Part shown: positions 1 to 13,451 of the stretch, one piece after another | How positions within the stretch are numbered: the stretch's first letter is position 1 | Layout of the letters: every line of letters starts with the position of its first letter | DNA from: Phyllobates terribilis | Taxonomy: Eukaryota | Assembly (NCBI RefSeq): GCF_046119375.1 | Contig: NW_027362764.1 | Span: 25,110,001 to 25,174,000, forward strand | Length of the DNA: 64,000 nucleotides | Direction: 5' to 3' | Made by a program: the position numbers and the translations under genes | Notes under the pieces: generated by a model | Databases searched by the model: none | What the model was told of the DNA's origin: nothing | Seen by the model: only the letters and a program-made list of their open reading frames with translations

Positions 1-3000
1 TATTTGTGTGCGCACAGGTGTGTTTCTGCGGCTCCTCACTATTTGTGTGCGCGCAGGTGTGTTTCTGCGGCTCCTCACTATTTGTGTGCGCGCAGGTGTG
101 TTTCTGCGGCTCCTCACTATTTGTGCGCGCGCAGGTGTGTTTCTGCGGCTCCTCACTATTTGTGCGCTCGCAGGTGTGTTTCTGCGGCTCCTCACTATTT
201 GTGTGCGCACAGGTGTGTTTCTGCGGCTCCTCACTATTTGTGTGCGCACAGGTGTGTTTCTGCGGCTCCTGACTATTTGTGCGCGCACAAGTGTGTTTCT
301 GCGGCTCCTCACTATTTGTGTGCGCACAGGTGTGTTTCTGCGGCTCCTCACTATTTGTGTGCGCGCAGGTGTGTTTCTGCGGCTCCTCACTATTTGTGCG
401 CGCGCAGGTGTGTTTCTGCGGCTCCTCACTATTTGTGTGCGCGCAGGTGTGTTTCTGCGGCTCCTCACTATTTGTGTGCTCGCAGGTGTGTTTCTGCGGC
501 TCCTCACTATTTGTGTGCGCACAGGTGTGTTTCTGCGGCTCCTCACTATTTGTGTGCGCACAGGTGTGTTTCTGCGGCTCCTCACTATTTGTGTGCGCAC
601 AGGTGTGTTTCTGCGGCTCCTCACTATTTGTGTGCGCACAGGTGTGTTTCTGCGGCTCCTCACTATTTGTGTGCGCGCAGGTGTGTTTCTGCGGCTCCTC
701 ACTATTTGTGCGCGCGCAGGTGTGTTTCTGCGGCTCCTCACTATTTGTGTGCGCACAGGTGTGTTTCTGCGGCTCCTCACTATTTGTGCGCGCACAGGTG
801 TGTTTCTGCGGCTCATTACTATTTGTGTGCGCACAGGTGTTTCTGCGGCTCATTACTATTTGTGTGCGCACAGGTGTGTTTCTGCGGCTCCTGACTATTT
901 GTGCGCGCACAGGTGTGTTTCTGCGGCTCATTACTATTTGTGTGCGCACAGGTGTTTCTGCGGCTCCTGACTATTTGTGTGCGCACAGATGTTTCTGCGG
1001 CGCCTCACTATTTGCGTGCGCACAGGTGTGTTTCTGCGGCTCCTCACTATTTGCGCGCGCACAGGTGTGTTTCTGCGGCTCCTCACTATTTGTGTGCGCA
1101 CAGGTTTCTGCGGCTCCTCACTATTTGTGTGCGCACAGGTTTCTGCGGCTCCTCACTATTTGTGTGCGCACAGGTTTCTGCGGCTCCTCACTATTTGTGC
1201 GCGTACAGGTGTGTTTCTGCGGCTCCTCACTATTTGTGTGCGTACAGGTGTGTTTCTGCGGCTCCTCACTATTTGTGCGCGCACAGGTGTGTTTCTGCTG
1301 CTCTATTTGCGTGCGCACAGGTGTGTTTCTGCGGGTCCTCACTATTTGTGCGCGCACAGGTGTGTTTCTGCGGCTCCTCACTATTTGTGCACGCACAGGT
1401 GTGTTTCTGCGGCTCATTACTATTTGTGCGCGCGCAGGTGTGTTTCTGCGGCTCCTCACTATTTGTGTGCGCACAGGTGTGTTTCTGCGGCTCCTCACTA
1501 TTTGTGTGCTCACAGGTGTGTTTCTGCGGCTCCTCACTATTTGTGTGCGCACAGGTGTGTTTCTGCGGCTCCTCACTATTTGTGTGCGCACAGGTGTGTT
1601 TCTGCGGCTCCTCACTATTTGTGTGCGCACAGGTGTGTTTCTGCGGCTCCTCACTATTTGTGTGCGCACAGGTGTGTTTCTGCGGCTCCTCACTATTTGT
1701 GTGCGCGCAGGTGTGTTTCTGCGGCTCCTCACTATTTGTGCGCGCGCAGGTGTGTTTCTGCGGCTCCTCACTATTTGTGTGCGCACAGGTGTGTTTCTGC
1801 GGCTCCTCACTATTTGTGCGCGCACAGGTGTGTTTCTGCGGCTCATTACTATTTGTGTGCGCACAGGTGTTTCTGCGGCTCCTGACTATTTGTGCGCACA
1901 GATGTTTCTGCGGCGCCTCACTATTTGCGTGCGCACAGGTGTGTTTCTGCGGCTCCTCACTATTTGCGCGCGCACAGGTGTGTTTCTGCGGCTCCTCACT
2001 ATTTGTGTGCGCACAGGTTTCTGCGGCTCCTCACTATTTGTGTGCGCACAGGTTTCTGCGGCTCCTCACTATTTGTGTGCGCACAGGTTTCTGCGGCTCC
2101 TCACTATTTGTGCGCGTACAGGTGTGTTTCTGCGGCTCCTCACTATTTGTGTGCGTACAGGTGTGTTTCTGCGGCTCCTCACTATTTGTGCGCGCACAGG
2201 TGTGTTTCTGCTGCTCTATTTGCGTGCGCACAGGTGTGTTTCTGCGGGTCCTCACTATTTGTGCGCGCACAGGTGTGTTTCTGCGGCTCCTCACTATTTG
2301 TGCACGCACAGGTGTGTTTCTGCGGCTCATTACTATTTGTGTGCGCACAGGTGTGTTTCTGCGGCTCCTCCCTATTTGCGCACGCACAGGTGTGTTTCTG
2401 CGGCTCCTCCCTATTTGCGCGCGCACAGGTGTGTTTCTGCGGCTCATTACTATTTGTGCGCGCACAGGTGTGTTTCTGCGGCTCCTCACTATTTGTGCAC
2501 GCACAGGTGTGTTTCTGCGGCTCATTACTATTTGTGCGCGCACAGGTGTGTTTCTGCGGCTCCTCACTATTTGTGTGCGCACTGGTTTCTGCGGCTCCTC
2601 ACTATTTGTGTGCGCACAGGTTTCTGCGGCTCCTCACTATTTGTGTGCGTACAGGTGTGTTTCTGCGGTTCCTCACTATTTGTGTGCGTGCAGGTGTGTT
2701 TCTGCGGCTCCTCACTATTTGTGTGCTCACAGGTTTCTGCGGCTCCTCACTATTTGTGTGCGTACAGGTGTGTTTCTGCGGCTCCTCACTATTTGTGCGC
2801 GCACAGGTGTGTTTCTGCGGCTCATTACTATTTGTGTGCGCACAGGTGTGTTTCTGCGGCTCCTCACTATTTGTGCCCGCACAGGTGTGTCTGCGGCTCC
2901 TCACTATTTGTGCGCGCACAGGTGTTTTTCTGCGGCTCCTCACTATTTGTGCGCGCACAGGTGTTTTTCTGCGGCTCCTCACTATTTGTGCGCGCACAGG

Positions 3001-6000
3001 TGTTTTTCTGCGGCTCCTCACTATTTGTGCGCGCACAGGTGTGTTTCTGCGGCTCCTCACTATTTGTGCGCGCGCATGTGTGTTTCTGCGGCTCCTCACT
3101 ATTTGTGTGCGCACAGGTTTCTGCTTCTCCTCACTATTTGTGTGCGTGCAGGTGTGTTTCTGCGGCTCCTCACTATTTGTGCGCGCACAGGTGTGTTTCT
3201 GCGGCTCCTCACTATTTGTGCGCGCACAGGTGTGTTTCTGCGGCTCCTCACTATTTGTGCGCGCGCAGGTGTGTTTCTGCGGCCCCTGACTTTGTGTGCG
3301 CACAGGTTTCTGGGGCTCCTCACTATTTGTGCGCGCGCAGGTGTGTTTCTGCGGCTCCTCACTATTTGTGTGCGCACAGGTTTCTGCGGCTCCTCACTAT
3401 TTGTGTGCGCACAGGTTTCTGCGGCTCCTCACTATTTGTGCGCGCGCATGTGTGTTTCTGCGGCTCCTCACTATTTGTGTGCGCACAGGTTTCTGCGGCT
3501 CCTGACTATTTGTGCGCGCGCAGGTGTGTTTCTGCGGCTCCTCACTATTTGTGTTCGCACAGGTTTCTGCGGCTCCTCACCATTTGTGCGCGCGCAGGTG
3601 TGTTTCTGCGGCTCCTCACTATTTGTGCGCGCGCAGGTGTGTTTCTGCGGCTCCTCACTATTTGTGTGCTCACAGGTTTCTGCGGGTCCTCACTATTTGT
3701 GCGCGCGCAGGTGTGTTTCTGCGGCTCCTCACTATTTGTGTGCGCACAGGTTTCTGCGGCTCCTCACTATTTGTGTGCGCACAGGTTTCTGCGGCTCCTC
3801 ACTATTTGTGCGCGCACAGGTGTGTTTCTGCGGCTCCTCACTATTTGTGCGTTCACAGGTGTGTTTCTGCGGCTCCTCACTATTTGTGTGCGCGCAGGTG
3901 TGTTTCTGCGGCTCCTCACTATTTGTGTGCGCACAGGTGTGTTTCTGCGGCTCCTCACTATTTGTGTGCGCACAGGTGTGTTTCTGCGGCTCCTCACTAT
4001 TTGTGTGCGTGCAGGTGTGTTTCTGCGGCTCCTCACTATTTGTGTGCGTGCAGGTGTGTTTCTGCGGCTCCTCACTATTTGTGTGCGCACAGGTTTCTGC
4101 GGCTCCTCACTATTTGTGTGCGCACAGGTGTGTTTCTGCGGCTCCTCACTATTTGTGTGCGCACAGGTGTGTTTCTGCGGCTCCTCACTATTTGTGTGCG
4201 AGCAGGTGTGTTTCTGCGGCTCCTCACTATTTGTTTGCGTGCAGGTGTGTTTCTGCGGCTCCTCACTATTTGTGTGCGCACAGGTTTCTGCGGCTCCTCA
4301 CTATTTGTGCGCGCACAGGTGTGTTTCTGCGGCTCCTCACTATTTGTGCGCGCACAGGTGTGTTTCTGCGGCTTCTCACTATTTGTGCGCTCACAGGTGT
4401 GTTTCTGCGGCTCCTCACTATTTGTGCGCGCGCAGGTGTGTTTCTGCGGCTCCTCACTATTTGTGTGCGCACAGGTGTGTTTCTGCGGCTCCTCACTATT
4501 TGTGTGCGCACAGGTGTGTTTCTGCGGCTCATTACTATTTGTGTGCGCACAGGTGTGTTTCTGCGGCTCCTCACTATTTGTGTGCGCACAGGTGTTTCTG
4601 CGGCTCCTCACTATTTGTGTGCGCACAGGTGTGTTTCTGCGGCTCATTACTATTTGTGTGCGCACAGGTGTGTTTCTGCGGCTCCTCACTATTTGTGCGC
4701 GCACAGGTGTGTTTCTGCTGCTCTATTTGCGTGCGCACAGGTGTGTTTCTGCGGGTCCTCACTATTTGTGCGCGCACAGGTGTGTTTCTGCGGCTCCTCA
4801 CTATTTGTGCACGCACAGGTGTGTTTCTGCGGCTCATTACTATTTGTGTGCGCACAGGTGTGTTTCTGCGGCTCCTCCCTATTTGCGCACGCACAGGTGT
4901 GTTTCTGCGGCTCCTCCCTATTTGCGCGCGCACAGGTGTGTTTCTGCGGCTCATTACTATTTGTGCGCGCACAGGTGTGTTTCTGCGGCTCCTCACTATT
5001 TGTGCACGCACAGGTGTGTTTCTGCGGCTCATTACTATTTGTGCGCGCACAGGTGTGTTTCTGCGGCTCCTCACTATTTGTGTGCGCACTGGTTTCTGCG
5101 GCTCCTCACTATTTGTGTGCGCACAGGTTTCTGCGGCTCCTCACTATTTGTGTGCGTACAGGTGTGTTTCTGCGGTTCCTCACTATTTGTGTGCGTGCAG
5201 GTGTGTTTCTGCGGCTCCTCACTATTTGTGTGCTCACAGGTTTCTGCGGCTCCTCACTATTTGTGTGCGTACAGGTGTGTTTCTGCGGCTCCTCACTATT
5301 TGTGCGCGCACAGGTGTGTTTCTGCGGCTCATTACTATTTGTGTGCGCACAGGTGTGTTTCTGCGGCTCCTCACTATTTGTGCCCGCACAGGTGTGTCTG
5401 CGGCTCCTCACTATTTGTGCGCGCACAGGTGTTTTTCTGCGGCTCCTCACTATTTGTGCGCGCACAGGTGTTTTTCTGCGGCTCCTCACTATTTGTGCGC
5501 GCACAGGTGTTTTTCTGCGGCTCCTCACTATTTGTGCGCGCACAGGTGTGTTTCTGCGGCTCCTCACTATTTGTGCGCGCGCATGTGTGTTTCTGCGGCT
5601 CCTCACTATTTGTGTGCGCACAGGTTTCTGCTTCTCCTCACTATTTGTGTGCGTGCAGGTGTGTTTCTGCGGCTCCTCACTATTTGTGCGCGCACAGGTG
5701 TGTTTCTGCGGCTCCTCACTATTTGTGCGCGCACAGGTGTGTTTCTGCGGCTCCTCACTATTTGTGCGCGCGCAGGTGTGTTTCTGCGGCCCCTGACTTT
5801 GTGTGCGCACAGGTTTCTGGGGCTCCTCACTATTTGTGCGCGCGCAGGTGTGTTTCTGCGGCTCCTCACTATTTGTGTGCGCACAGGTTTCTGCGGCTCC
5901 TCACTATTTGTGTGCGCACAGGTTTCTGCGGCTCCTCACTATTTGTGCGCGCGCATGTGTGTTTCTGCGGCTCCTCACTATTTGTGTGCGCACAGGTTTC

Positions 6001-8490
6001 TGCGGCTCCTGACTATTTGTGCGCGCGCAGGTGTGTTTCTGCGGCTCCTCACTATTTGTGTTCGCACAGGTTTCTGCGGCTCCTCACCATTTGTGCGCGC
6101 GCAGGTGTGTTTCTGCGGCTCCTCACTATTTGTGCGCGCGCAGGTGTGTTTCTGCGGCTCCTCACTATTTGTGTGCTCACAGGTTTCTGCGGGTCCTCAC
6201 TATTTGTGCGCGCGCAGGTGTGTTTCTGCGGCTCCTCACTATTTGTGTGCGCACAGGTTTCTGCGGCTCCTCACTATTTGTGTGCGCACAGGTTTCTGCG
6301 GCTCCTCACTATTTGTGCGCGCACAGGTGTGTTTCTGCGGCTCCTCACTATTTGTGCGTTCACAGGTGTGTTTCTGCGGCTCCTCACTATTTGTGTGCGC
6401 GCAGGTGTGTTTCTGCGGCTCCTCACTATTTGTGTGCGCACAGGTGTGTTTCTGCGGCTCCTCACTATTTGTGTGCGCACAGGTGTGTTTCTGCGGCTCC
6501 TCACTATTTGTGTGCGTGCAGGTGTGTTTCTGCGGCTCCTCACTATTTGTGTGCGTGCAGGTGTGTTTCTGCGGCTCCTCACTATTTGTGTGCGCACAGG
6601 TTTCTGCGGCTCCTCACTATTTGTGTGCGCACAGGTGTGTTTCTGCGGCTCCTCACTATTTGTGTGCGCACAGGTGTGTTTCTGCGGCTCCTCACTATTT
6701 GTGTGCGAGCAGGTGTGTTTCTGCGGCTCCTCACTATTTGTTTGCGTGCAGGTGTGTTTCTGCGGCTCCTCACTATTTGTGTGCGCACAGGTTTCTGCGG
6801 CTCCTCACTATTTGTGCGCGCACAGGTGTGTTTCTGCGGCTCCTCACTATTTGTGCGCGCACAGGTGTGTTTCTGCGGCTTCTCACTATTTGTGCGCTCA
6901 CAGGTGTGTTTCTGCGGCTCCTCACTATTTGTGCGCGCGCAGGTGTGTTTCTGCGGCTCCTCACTATTTGTGTGCGCACAGGTGTGTTTCTGCGGCTCCT
7001 CACTATTTGTGTGCGCACAGGTGTGTTTCTGCGGCTCATTACTATTTGTGTGCGCACAGGTGTGTTTCTGCGGCTCCTCACTATTTGTGTGCGCACAGGT
7101 GTTTCTGCGGCTCCTCACTATTTGTGTGCGCACAGGTGTGTTTCTGCGGCTCATTACTATTTGTGTGCGCACAGGTGTGTTTCTGCGGCTTCTCACTATT
7201 TGTGTGCTCACAGGTGTGTTTCTGCGGCTCCTCACTATTTGTGCGCGCACAGGTGTGTTTCTGCGGCTCCTCACTATTTGTGCCCGCACAGGTGTGTCTG
7301 CGGCTCCTCACTATTTGTGTGCGCACAGGTGTCTGCGGCTCCTCACTATTTGTGTGCGCACAGGTGTTTTTCTGCGGCTCCTCACTATTTGTGCGCGCAC
7401 AGGTGTTTTTCTGCGGCTCCTCACTATTTGTGCGCGCACAGGTGTGTTTCTGCGGCTCCTCACTATTTGTGCGCACGCATGTGTGTTTCTGCGGCTCCTC
7501 ACTATTTGTGTGCGCACAGGTTTCTGCGGCTCCTCACTATTTGTGCGCGCGCAGGTGTGTTTCTGCGGCTCCTCACTATTTGTGTGCGCACAGGTTTCTG
7601 CGGCTCCTCACCATTTGTGCGCGCGCAGGTGTGTTTCTGCGGCTCCTCACTATTTGTGCGCGCGCAGGTGTGTTTCTGCGGCTCCTCACTATTTGTGTGC
7701 TCACAGGTTTCTGCGGGTCCTCACTATTTGTGCGCGCGCAGGTGTGTTTCTGCGGCTCCTCACTATTTGTGTGCGCACAGGTTTCTGCGGCTCCTCACTA
7801 TTTGTGTGCGCACAGGTTTCTGCGGCTCCTCACTATTTGTGCGCGCACAGGTGTGTTTCTGCGGCTCCTCACTATTTGTGCGTTCACAGGTGTGTTTCTG
7901 CGGCTCCTCACTATTTGTGTGCGCGCAGGTGTGTTTCTGCGGCTCCTCACTATTTGTGTGCGCACAGGTGTGTTTCTGCGGCTCATTACTCTTTGTGTGC
8001 GTACAGCTGTGTTTCTGCGGCTCCTCACTATTTGTGTGCGCGCAGGTGTGTTTCTGCGGCTCCTCACTATTTGTGCGCGCACAGGTGTGTTTCTGCGGCT
8101 CCTCACTATTTGTGTGCGCACAGGTGTGTTTCTGCGGCTCCTCACTATTTGTGTGCGCACAGGTGTGTTTCTGCGGCTCCTCACTATTTGCGTGCGCACA
8201 GGTGTGTTTCTGCGGCTCCTCACTATTTGCGTGCGCACAGGTGTGTTTCTGCGGCTCCTCACTATTTGCGTGCGCACAGGTGTGTTTCTGCGGCTCCTCA
8301 CTATTTGCATGCGTACAGGTGTGTTTCTGCGGCTCCTCACTATTTGCGTGCGCACAGGTGTGTTTCTGCGGCTCCTCACTATTTGCGTGCGCACAGGTGT
8401 GTTTCTGCGGCTCCTCACTATTTGCGTGCGCACAGGTTTCTGCGGCTCCTCACTATTTGTGTGCGTGCAGGTGTGTTTCTGCGGCTCCTC
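1..8490. repeat. 39-bp minisatellite array (35/37-bp variants), >210 units, inside the ARF1 intron preceding the penultimate coding exon
   Basis: Unit tatttgtgtgcgcacaggtgtgtttctgcggctcctcac runs from the window start to ~8490; shorter variants lack gtgt or gt. Confidence 0.97.
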
Positions 8491-8563
8491 GTTGTGTTTA
8501 GCTCCTCCGCTCTGGTTACCGGCTCATCTTCACCTCCAGATTATATACGCGTTGTCTCTCTGA

Positions 8564-8806
<243 letters not shown>

Positions 8807-8809
8807 TGA

Positions 8810-8995
<186 letters not shown>

Positions 8996-9494
8996 CACAC
9001 CAATCATCTTCATATTATATATTTTTTTTCTTCCTCTTTTGGGGTATTTTCTTTATTTTTTGTCCTGCCCCATCTTCTCTTCATGCCGCCCTCCTCCTCC
9101 TCCTCCTCCTCCTCTTCCTCTTCTTCCTCCGCTTCTATCTAATGTGGCAAACTGTTTGACTTTGCGGCAGTGAGAGCCGCTGTCTGCCCGTCCGTTCCTC
9201 CGTCTGTATCGCCCTGTGCTGTACGTGTGGCCATGAAGAGCCCGATACCTTAGGTCTCCTATTTAATGTAAATAGTTACTACTTTTTGTTTCCACTGAGG
9301 CAGTTTCTGGTTCTCCTATGCAATATTACGCTCCATTGGGTTTCTTTTTTATGTCATCAGAATACCATGTCCGGGGAGGGAGCTCACATCATCCACCGGG
9401 CCCAGGATGCCGTATTTACTATGAAAATGCTCGTTTGTCTTTTAAGAATTAACACTTTGGCCGGTTTACCTCACACAAGGGCGCAGTTTATCCC

Positions 9495-9835
9495 TGTTGA
9501 CGCTGCTGGTGGAGGGGCTACACATGGCCATCAGGCAGAGTTCATCCCTGTTGGCCGAGAGGCCACACGTGTATAGTTAGTCAATGTCAGCGCTGGTGGT
9601 GGAGGGGCTACACATGGTCGTCAGGCAGAGTTCATCCCTGTTGGCTGAGGGGCCACACGTGTATAGTTAGTCAATGTCAGCGCTGGTGGTGGAGGGGCTA
9701 CACATGGTCGTCAGGCAGAGTTCATCCCTGTTGGCTGAGGGGCCACACGTGTATAGAGTTAGTCAATGTCAGCGCTGGTGGTGGAGGGGCTACACATGGT
9801 CGTCAGGCAGAGTTCATCCCTGTTGGCGGAGGTGC
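9495..9835. repeat. ~90-bp tandem repeat, ~4 copies, in ARF1 3'UTR
   Basis: ggaggggctacacatgg recurs at 9511, 9601, 9691 and 9783 (periods 90, 90, 92). Confidence 0.9.
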
Positions 9836-10975
9836 TTCATGCGGGTAGAATTCATCCATGCTTGCACTCCTGGCAGAAGGTCTCTGTTGACTCCATCACA
9901 GCAGACTGGTTGGGGCGTGGGGCGTGGGACTGTCACCTTGTTGGGGTCACGAGGGTGCTCAGCTCTCTTTTCGTTGCTTGCATGGTTATCGGCAGCTCCA
10001 GTACTTGCGATGCTGCTGGATCTGTCTGCGTTTTGCAGCTGCTTCTGTTTGCGTTCAAGTGATAACTTGGTTAGAAGATGACAAGCCACAAAAGTAAGGA
10101 ACATGGGCGACTCGTCTGTTGGGTGACACTGGGGCTACATCTGTGTTTCCGGCGGTTATCGCCCGATTTTGCTGCAGTTTTTCCTGGATTTTGGGTTTGC
10201 TGGCCTTTGATTTACTTGAATTCACAACCATTTTGTGGAGCTTTGTGCGCCGGTCAGCTCCGGATTTGTTAGCGGTTCCCTACGGAGTTGTGCGCTTTCT
10301 GATGGACTACACAGTGGTGAATGTTTGTCTAGTTACTGTCAATCAGTCTAGTCACACGAGGGCAATCAATGTTGTGGTCTCCTGTGCAAGGAGAATCCTG
10401 CAGCAAGGACCACCCGTCAGAAGTTCCTCGGGGGCTCGCAGTGTGTTGTATGAGCCGCCATGCATGTACAGATGCGGTGCTCAGGCTTGTTTGCTCCCGT
10501 AGCGCTCTCGTGTCAGTGCCTCTGCCGGACATCCTATAAGGTCTGTGCTGGTGTGGAGAAGGTGCTGCGGGGTTGGGTTGTAGACAAGATGTCAGGTTTC
10601 CACTTTATTGGTACCCTTATTACTAGGACAGGATTACAAAGGTTGATGGTGGTTGGGCTCGGTCTTCTGGGCGTGTGGCGCTCGTGCCCGTCCAAGCGGC
10701 AGTCATTCCTTTCTCCGATCTGGAGTCATTCCCCGGCCGCATGCCTCTTGCTGCAAGGCTCAGATTTGCCATTTGATAATTGAATCCTTTTATTTCCCCT
10801 CTTTACTCTGATCAAACACTGAAATGCTGTCGCTGTTGGATCTGGGCTCAGTGGTCGCTGTGCGGACGGGTCCTCTAGTCAGGTGGATTCTCGCTTTCAG
10901 TAAATGAATTGTAATCAACCGTTTTGTAAACTTGTTTTCTTTTGGACAAACGAGCACTGTAATTAAAGCTAGTAG

Positions 10976-10981
10976 AATAAA
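10976..10981 (+). promoter_or_regulatory. ARF1: Putative ARF1 polyadenylation signal AATAAA
   Basis: AATAAA follows gcactgtaattaaagctagtag, resembling the end of the mammalian ARF1 mRNA as I recall it. Confidence 0.7.
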
Positions 10982-11193
10982 GTCATCTATTTCACACTCC
11001 GAGCGTTGGTCGTCTTCTGTGTCAGCGGTGGACACCGGACTGAAGTGTGGCACAGGTAAACTTGGGAACCATGGCAGCAGTAATCGACTTATAAGATGCA
11101 AGAAGCCGTTGGTGATGAACTGGTCTGCGGGCAGTGTTATAGGGATCCAGAATGAAAGGGGTTGTCGGGTGTGTAATGAGCGACCCTCTCCCT

Positions 11194-12256
11194 GAGCGTC
11201 GGCGTCGCGCCGTGTCTGCTGTCTGGAGCGAGCGTCGCGCCGTGTCTGCTGTCTGGAGCGAGCGTCGGCGTCGCGCCGTGTCTGCTGTCTGGAGCGAGCG
11301 TCGCGCCGTGTCTGCTGTCTGGAGCGAGCGTCGGCGTCGCGCCGTGTCTGCTGTCTGGAGCGAGCGTCGCGCCGTGTCTGCTGTCTGGAGCGGGCGTCGG
11401 CGTCGCGCCGTGTCTGCTGTCTGGAGCGGGCGTCGGCGTCGCGCCGTGTCTGCTGTCTGGAGCGAGCGTCGCGCCGTGTCTGCTGTCTGGAGCGGGCGTC
11501 GCTGTCGCGCCGTGTCTGCTGTCTGGAGCGGGCGTCGCTGTCGCGCCCTGTCTGCTGTCTGGAGCGGGCGTCGCTGTCGCGCCCTGTCTGCTGTCTGGAG
11601 CGGGCGTCGCTGTCGCGCCCTGTCTGCTGTCTGGAGCGGGCGTCGCTGTCGCGCCCTGTCTGCTGTCTGGAGCGGGCGTCGCTGTCGCGCCCTGTCTGCT
11701 GTCTGGAGCGGGCGTCGCTGTCGCGCCCTGTCTGCTGTCTGGAGCGGGCGTCGCTGTGGCGCCGTGTCTGCTGTCTGGAGCGGGCGTCGCTGTGGCGCCG
11801 TGTCTGCTGTCTGGAGCGGGCGTCGCTGTGGCGCCGTGTCTGCTGTCTGGAGCGGGCGTCGCTGTGGCGCCGTGTCTGCTGTCTGGAGCGGGCGTCGCTG
11901 TGGCGCCGTGTCTGCTGTCTGGAGCGGGCGTCGCTGTGGCGCCGTGTCTGCTGTCTGGAGCGGGCGTCGCTGTGGCGCCGTGTCTGCTGTCTGGAGCGGG
12001 CGTCGCTGTGGCGCCGTGTCTGCTGTCTGGAGCGGGCGTCGCTGTGGCGCCCTGTCTGCTGTCTGGAGCGGGCGTCGCTGTGGCGCCCGGTCTGCTGTCT
12101 GGAGCGGGCGTCGCTGTGGCGCCCGGTCTGCTGTCTGGAGCGGGCGTCGCTGTGGCGCCCGGTCTGCTGTCTGGAGCGGGCGTCGCTGTGGCGCCCTGTC
12201 TGCTGTCTGGAGCGGGCGTCGCTGTGGCGCCCTGTCTGCTGTCTGGAGCGGGCGTC
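11194..12256. repeat. CpG-rich 36-bp minisatellite (30-bp variants), ~30 units
   Basis: Unit gtcgctgtggcgccgtgtctgctgtctggagcgggc; the TPAPDSRQGATA repeat ORF is its translation. Confidence 0.95.
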
Positions 12257-12359
12257 ATGTATTGAGTTCGAAGAGTAAGTCTAAGACTCACACTGAGTGT
12301 GTGACGTCCATGTCACAAACGCTGAGTGACTTGCCAAATCCTCATTTAGTATGAGCTCC

Positions 12360-13447
12360 ATGGACAATGCTACCAGGTGCATCTTGAGATGTCTCCAGGC
12401 CTTGACATGCCGTTTGAGGGTGAATATGTCTGCGCTCGATGTCAGCGAGTTACATGTTTGAAGCCCAGATACTGGATCTAAATGTGCAGCATTGCAAACC
12501 GGGAGAGGAGTCTAGAGCTCACTGAGTGGCTTTGGCTGGGGCCAGTGATATGGAGGTGGGGAAGATCAGGACCCAAAAGTAGATGGGTAAGGGGGGAAAG
12601 TGCCAGGGAGCCCAGTCCTGATCTGGCACAATCTCGTAAATATGCCTGTTTGGTTGATAGTAGGATGGCGGGCCCTGGGGGACTGGCTGTCACTGCGGCG
12701 GGATGTTGCCCATAGAAACCAAGAAAATGGCTGCTGTAGGAAGGAGGGAATCAGAAGTGCAGCGAAGGCCAGACAGGTTGGTGGTAGACGGCTCTATAAT
12801 ATCGGTACCAATGACAGAGGGTGGTGGAAGGTCCTTTAAAAATGATTACAGGGAACTAGGAGAGAAGCTGAAGGCCAGGAGCTCCAAGGTGGTGTTTTCA
12901 GACATACGGCCGATGCCACGTGCGTCACTAGATGGACAGCCGAAGCTTAGGGAGATAAATAAGTGGCTTGGAAATTGGTGCAGGAAGGAAGGGTTTGGAT
13001 TCATGGAGAACTGGGCTGATTTCGCTGTTGGCTACAGGCTCTACGCTAGGGACAGGCTGCACATCAATGGGGAGGGTGCAGCTGTGCTGGGGGAGGGGAC
13101 TGGTCAGACAGATGGAGGAGCTTTTATAGTGTACTTGTGCTAATAAGGGGATAGAGTAGACAGTAGGGGTTAATGTGGATTTAGGGGGGGCTGGGATATG
13201 CTATGATAGTAGGGAGGTGAGGCGGAGTAACAAATGTGCTGATAGTATTAAATGTCGGCTGGAAAATATTAGAAGCCTCACAAATAAAACTAATGAACTG
13301 GAGACTCTTATGTCGGTCATGGAATATGATGTGCTGGATGGAAGCCATGACTGGGTGACCAACAGGGAAGGATATACTACATTCAGAAAGGACAGGAGGA
13401 AAGACAAAAAAGGTGGAGGGAGGGTGTGTATTTTCATAAGATCCAAC
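12360..13447 (+). mobile_element. CR1-type LINE fragment 1: degenerate ORF1 (Cys-rich N-terminus, SGNH esterase-like domain) and start of ORF2 endonuclease
   Basis: ORF 12703-13143 has EINKWLGNWCRKEGFGFMENW..YARDRLHINGEG (DxLH esterase motif of CR1 ORF1p). ORF 13175-13462 has NIRSLTNK..EGYTTFRKDR..GGGRVCIFI (APE N-terminus). Frameshifted. Confidence 0.85.
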
Positions 13448-13451
13448 TTAA

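Noticed and set aside
11137-12354. Mucin-like TPAPDSR repeat ORF
   Set aside because: 36-bp minisatellite open on both strands; no signal peptide, splice context or unique flanks.
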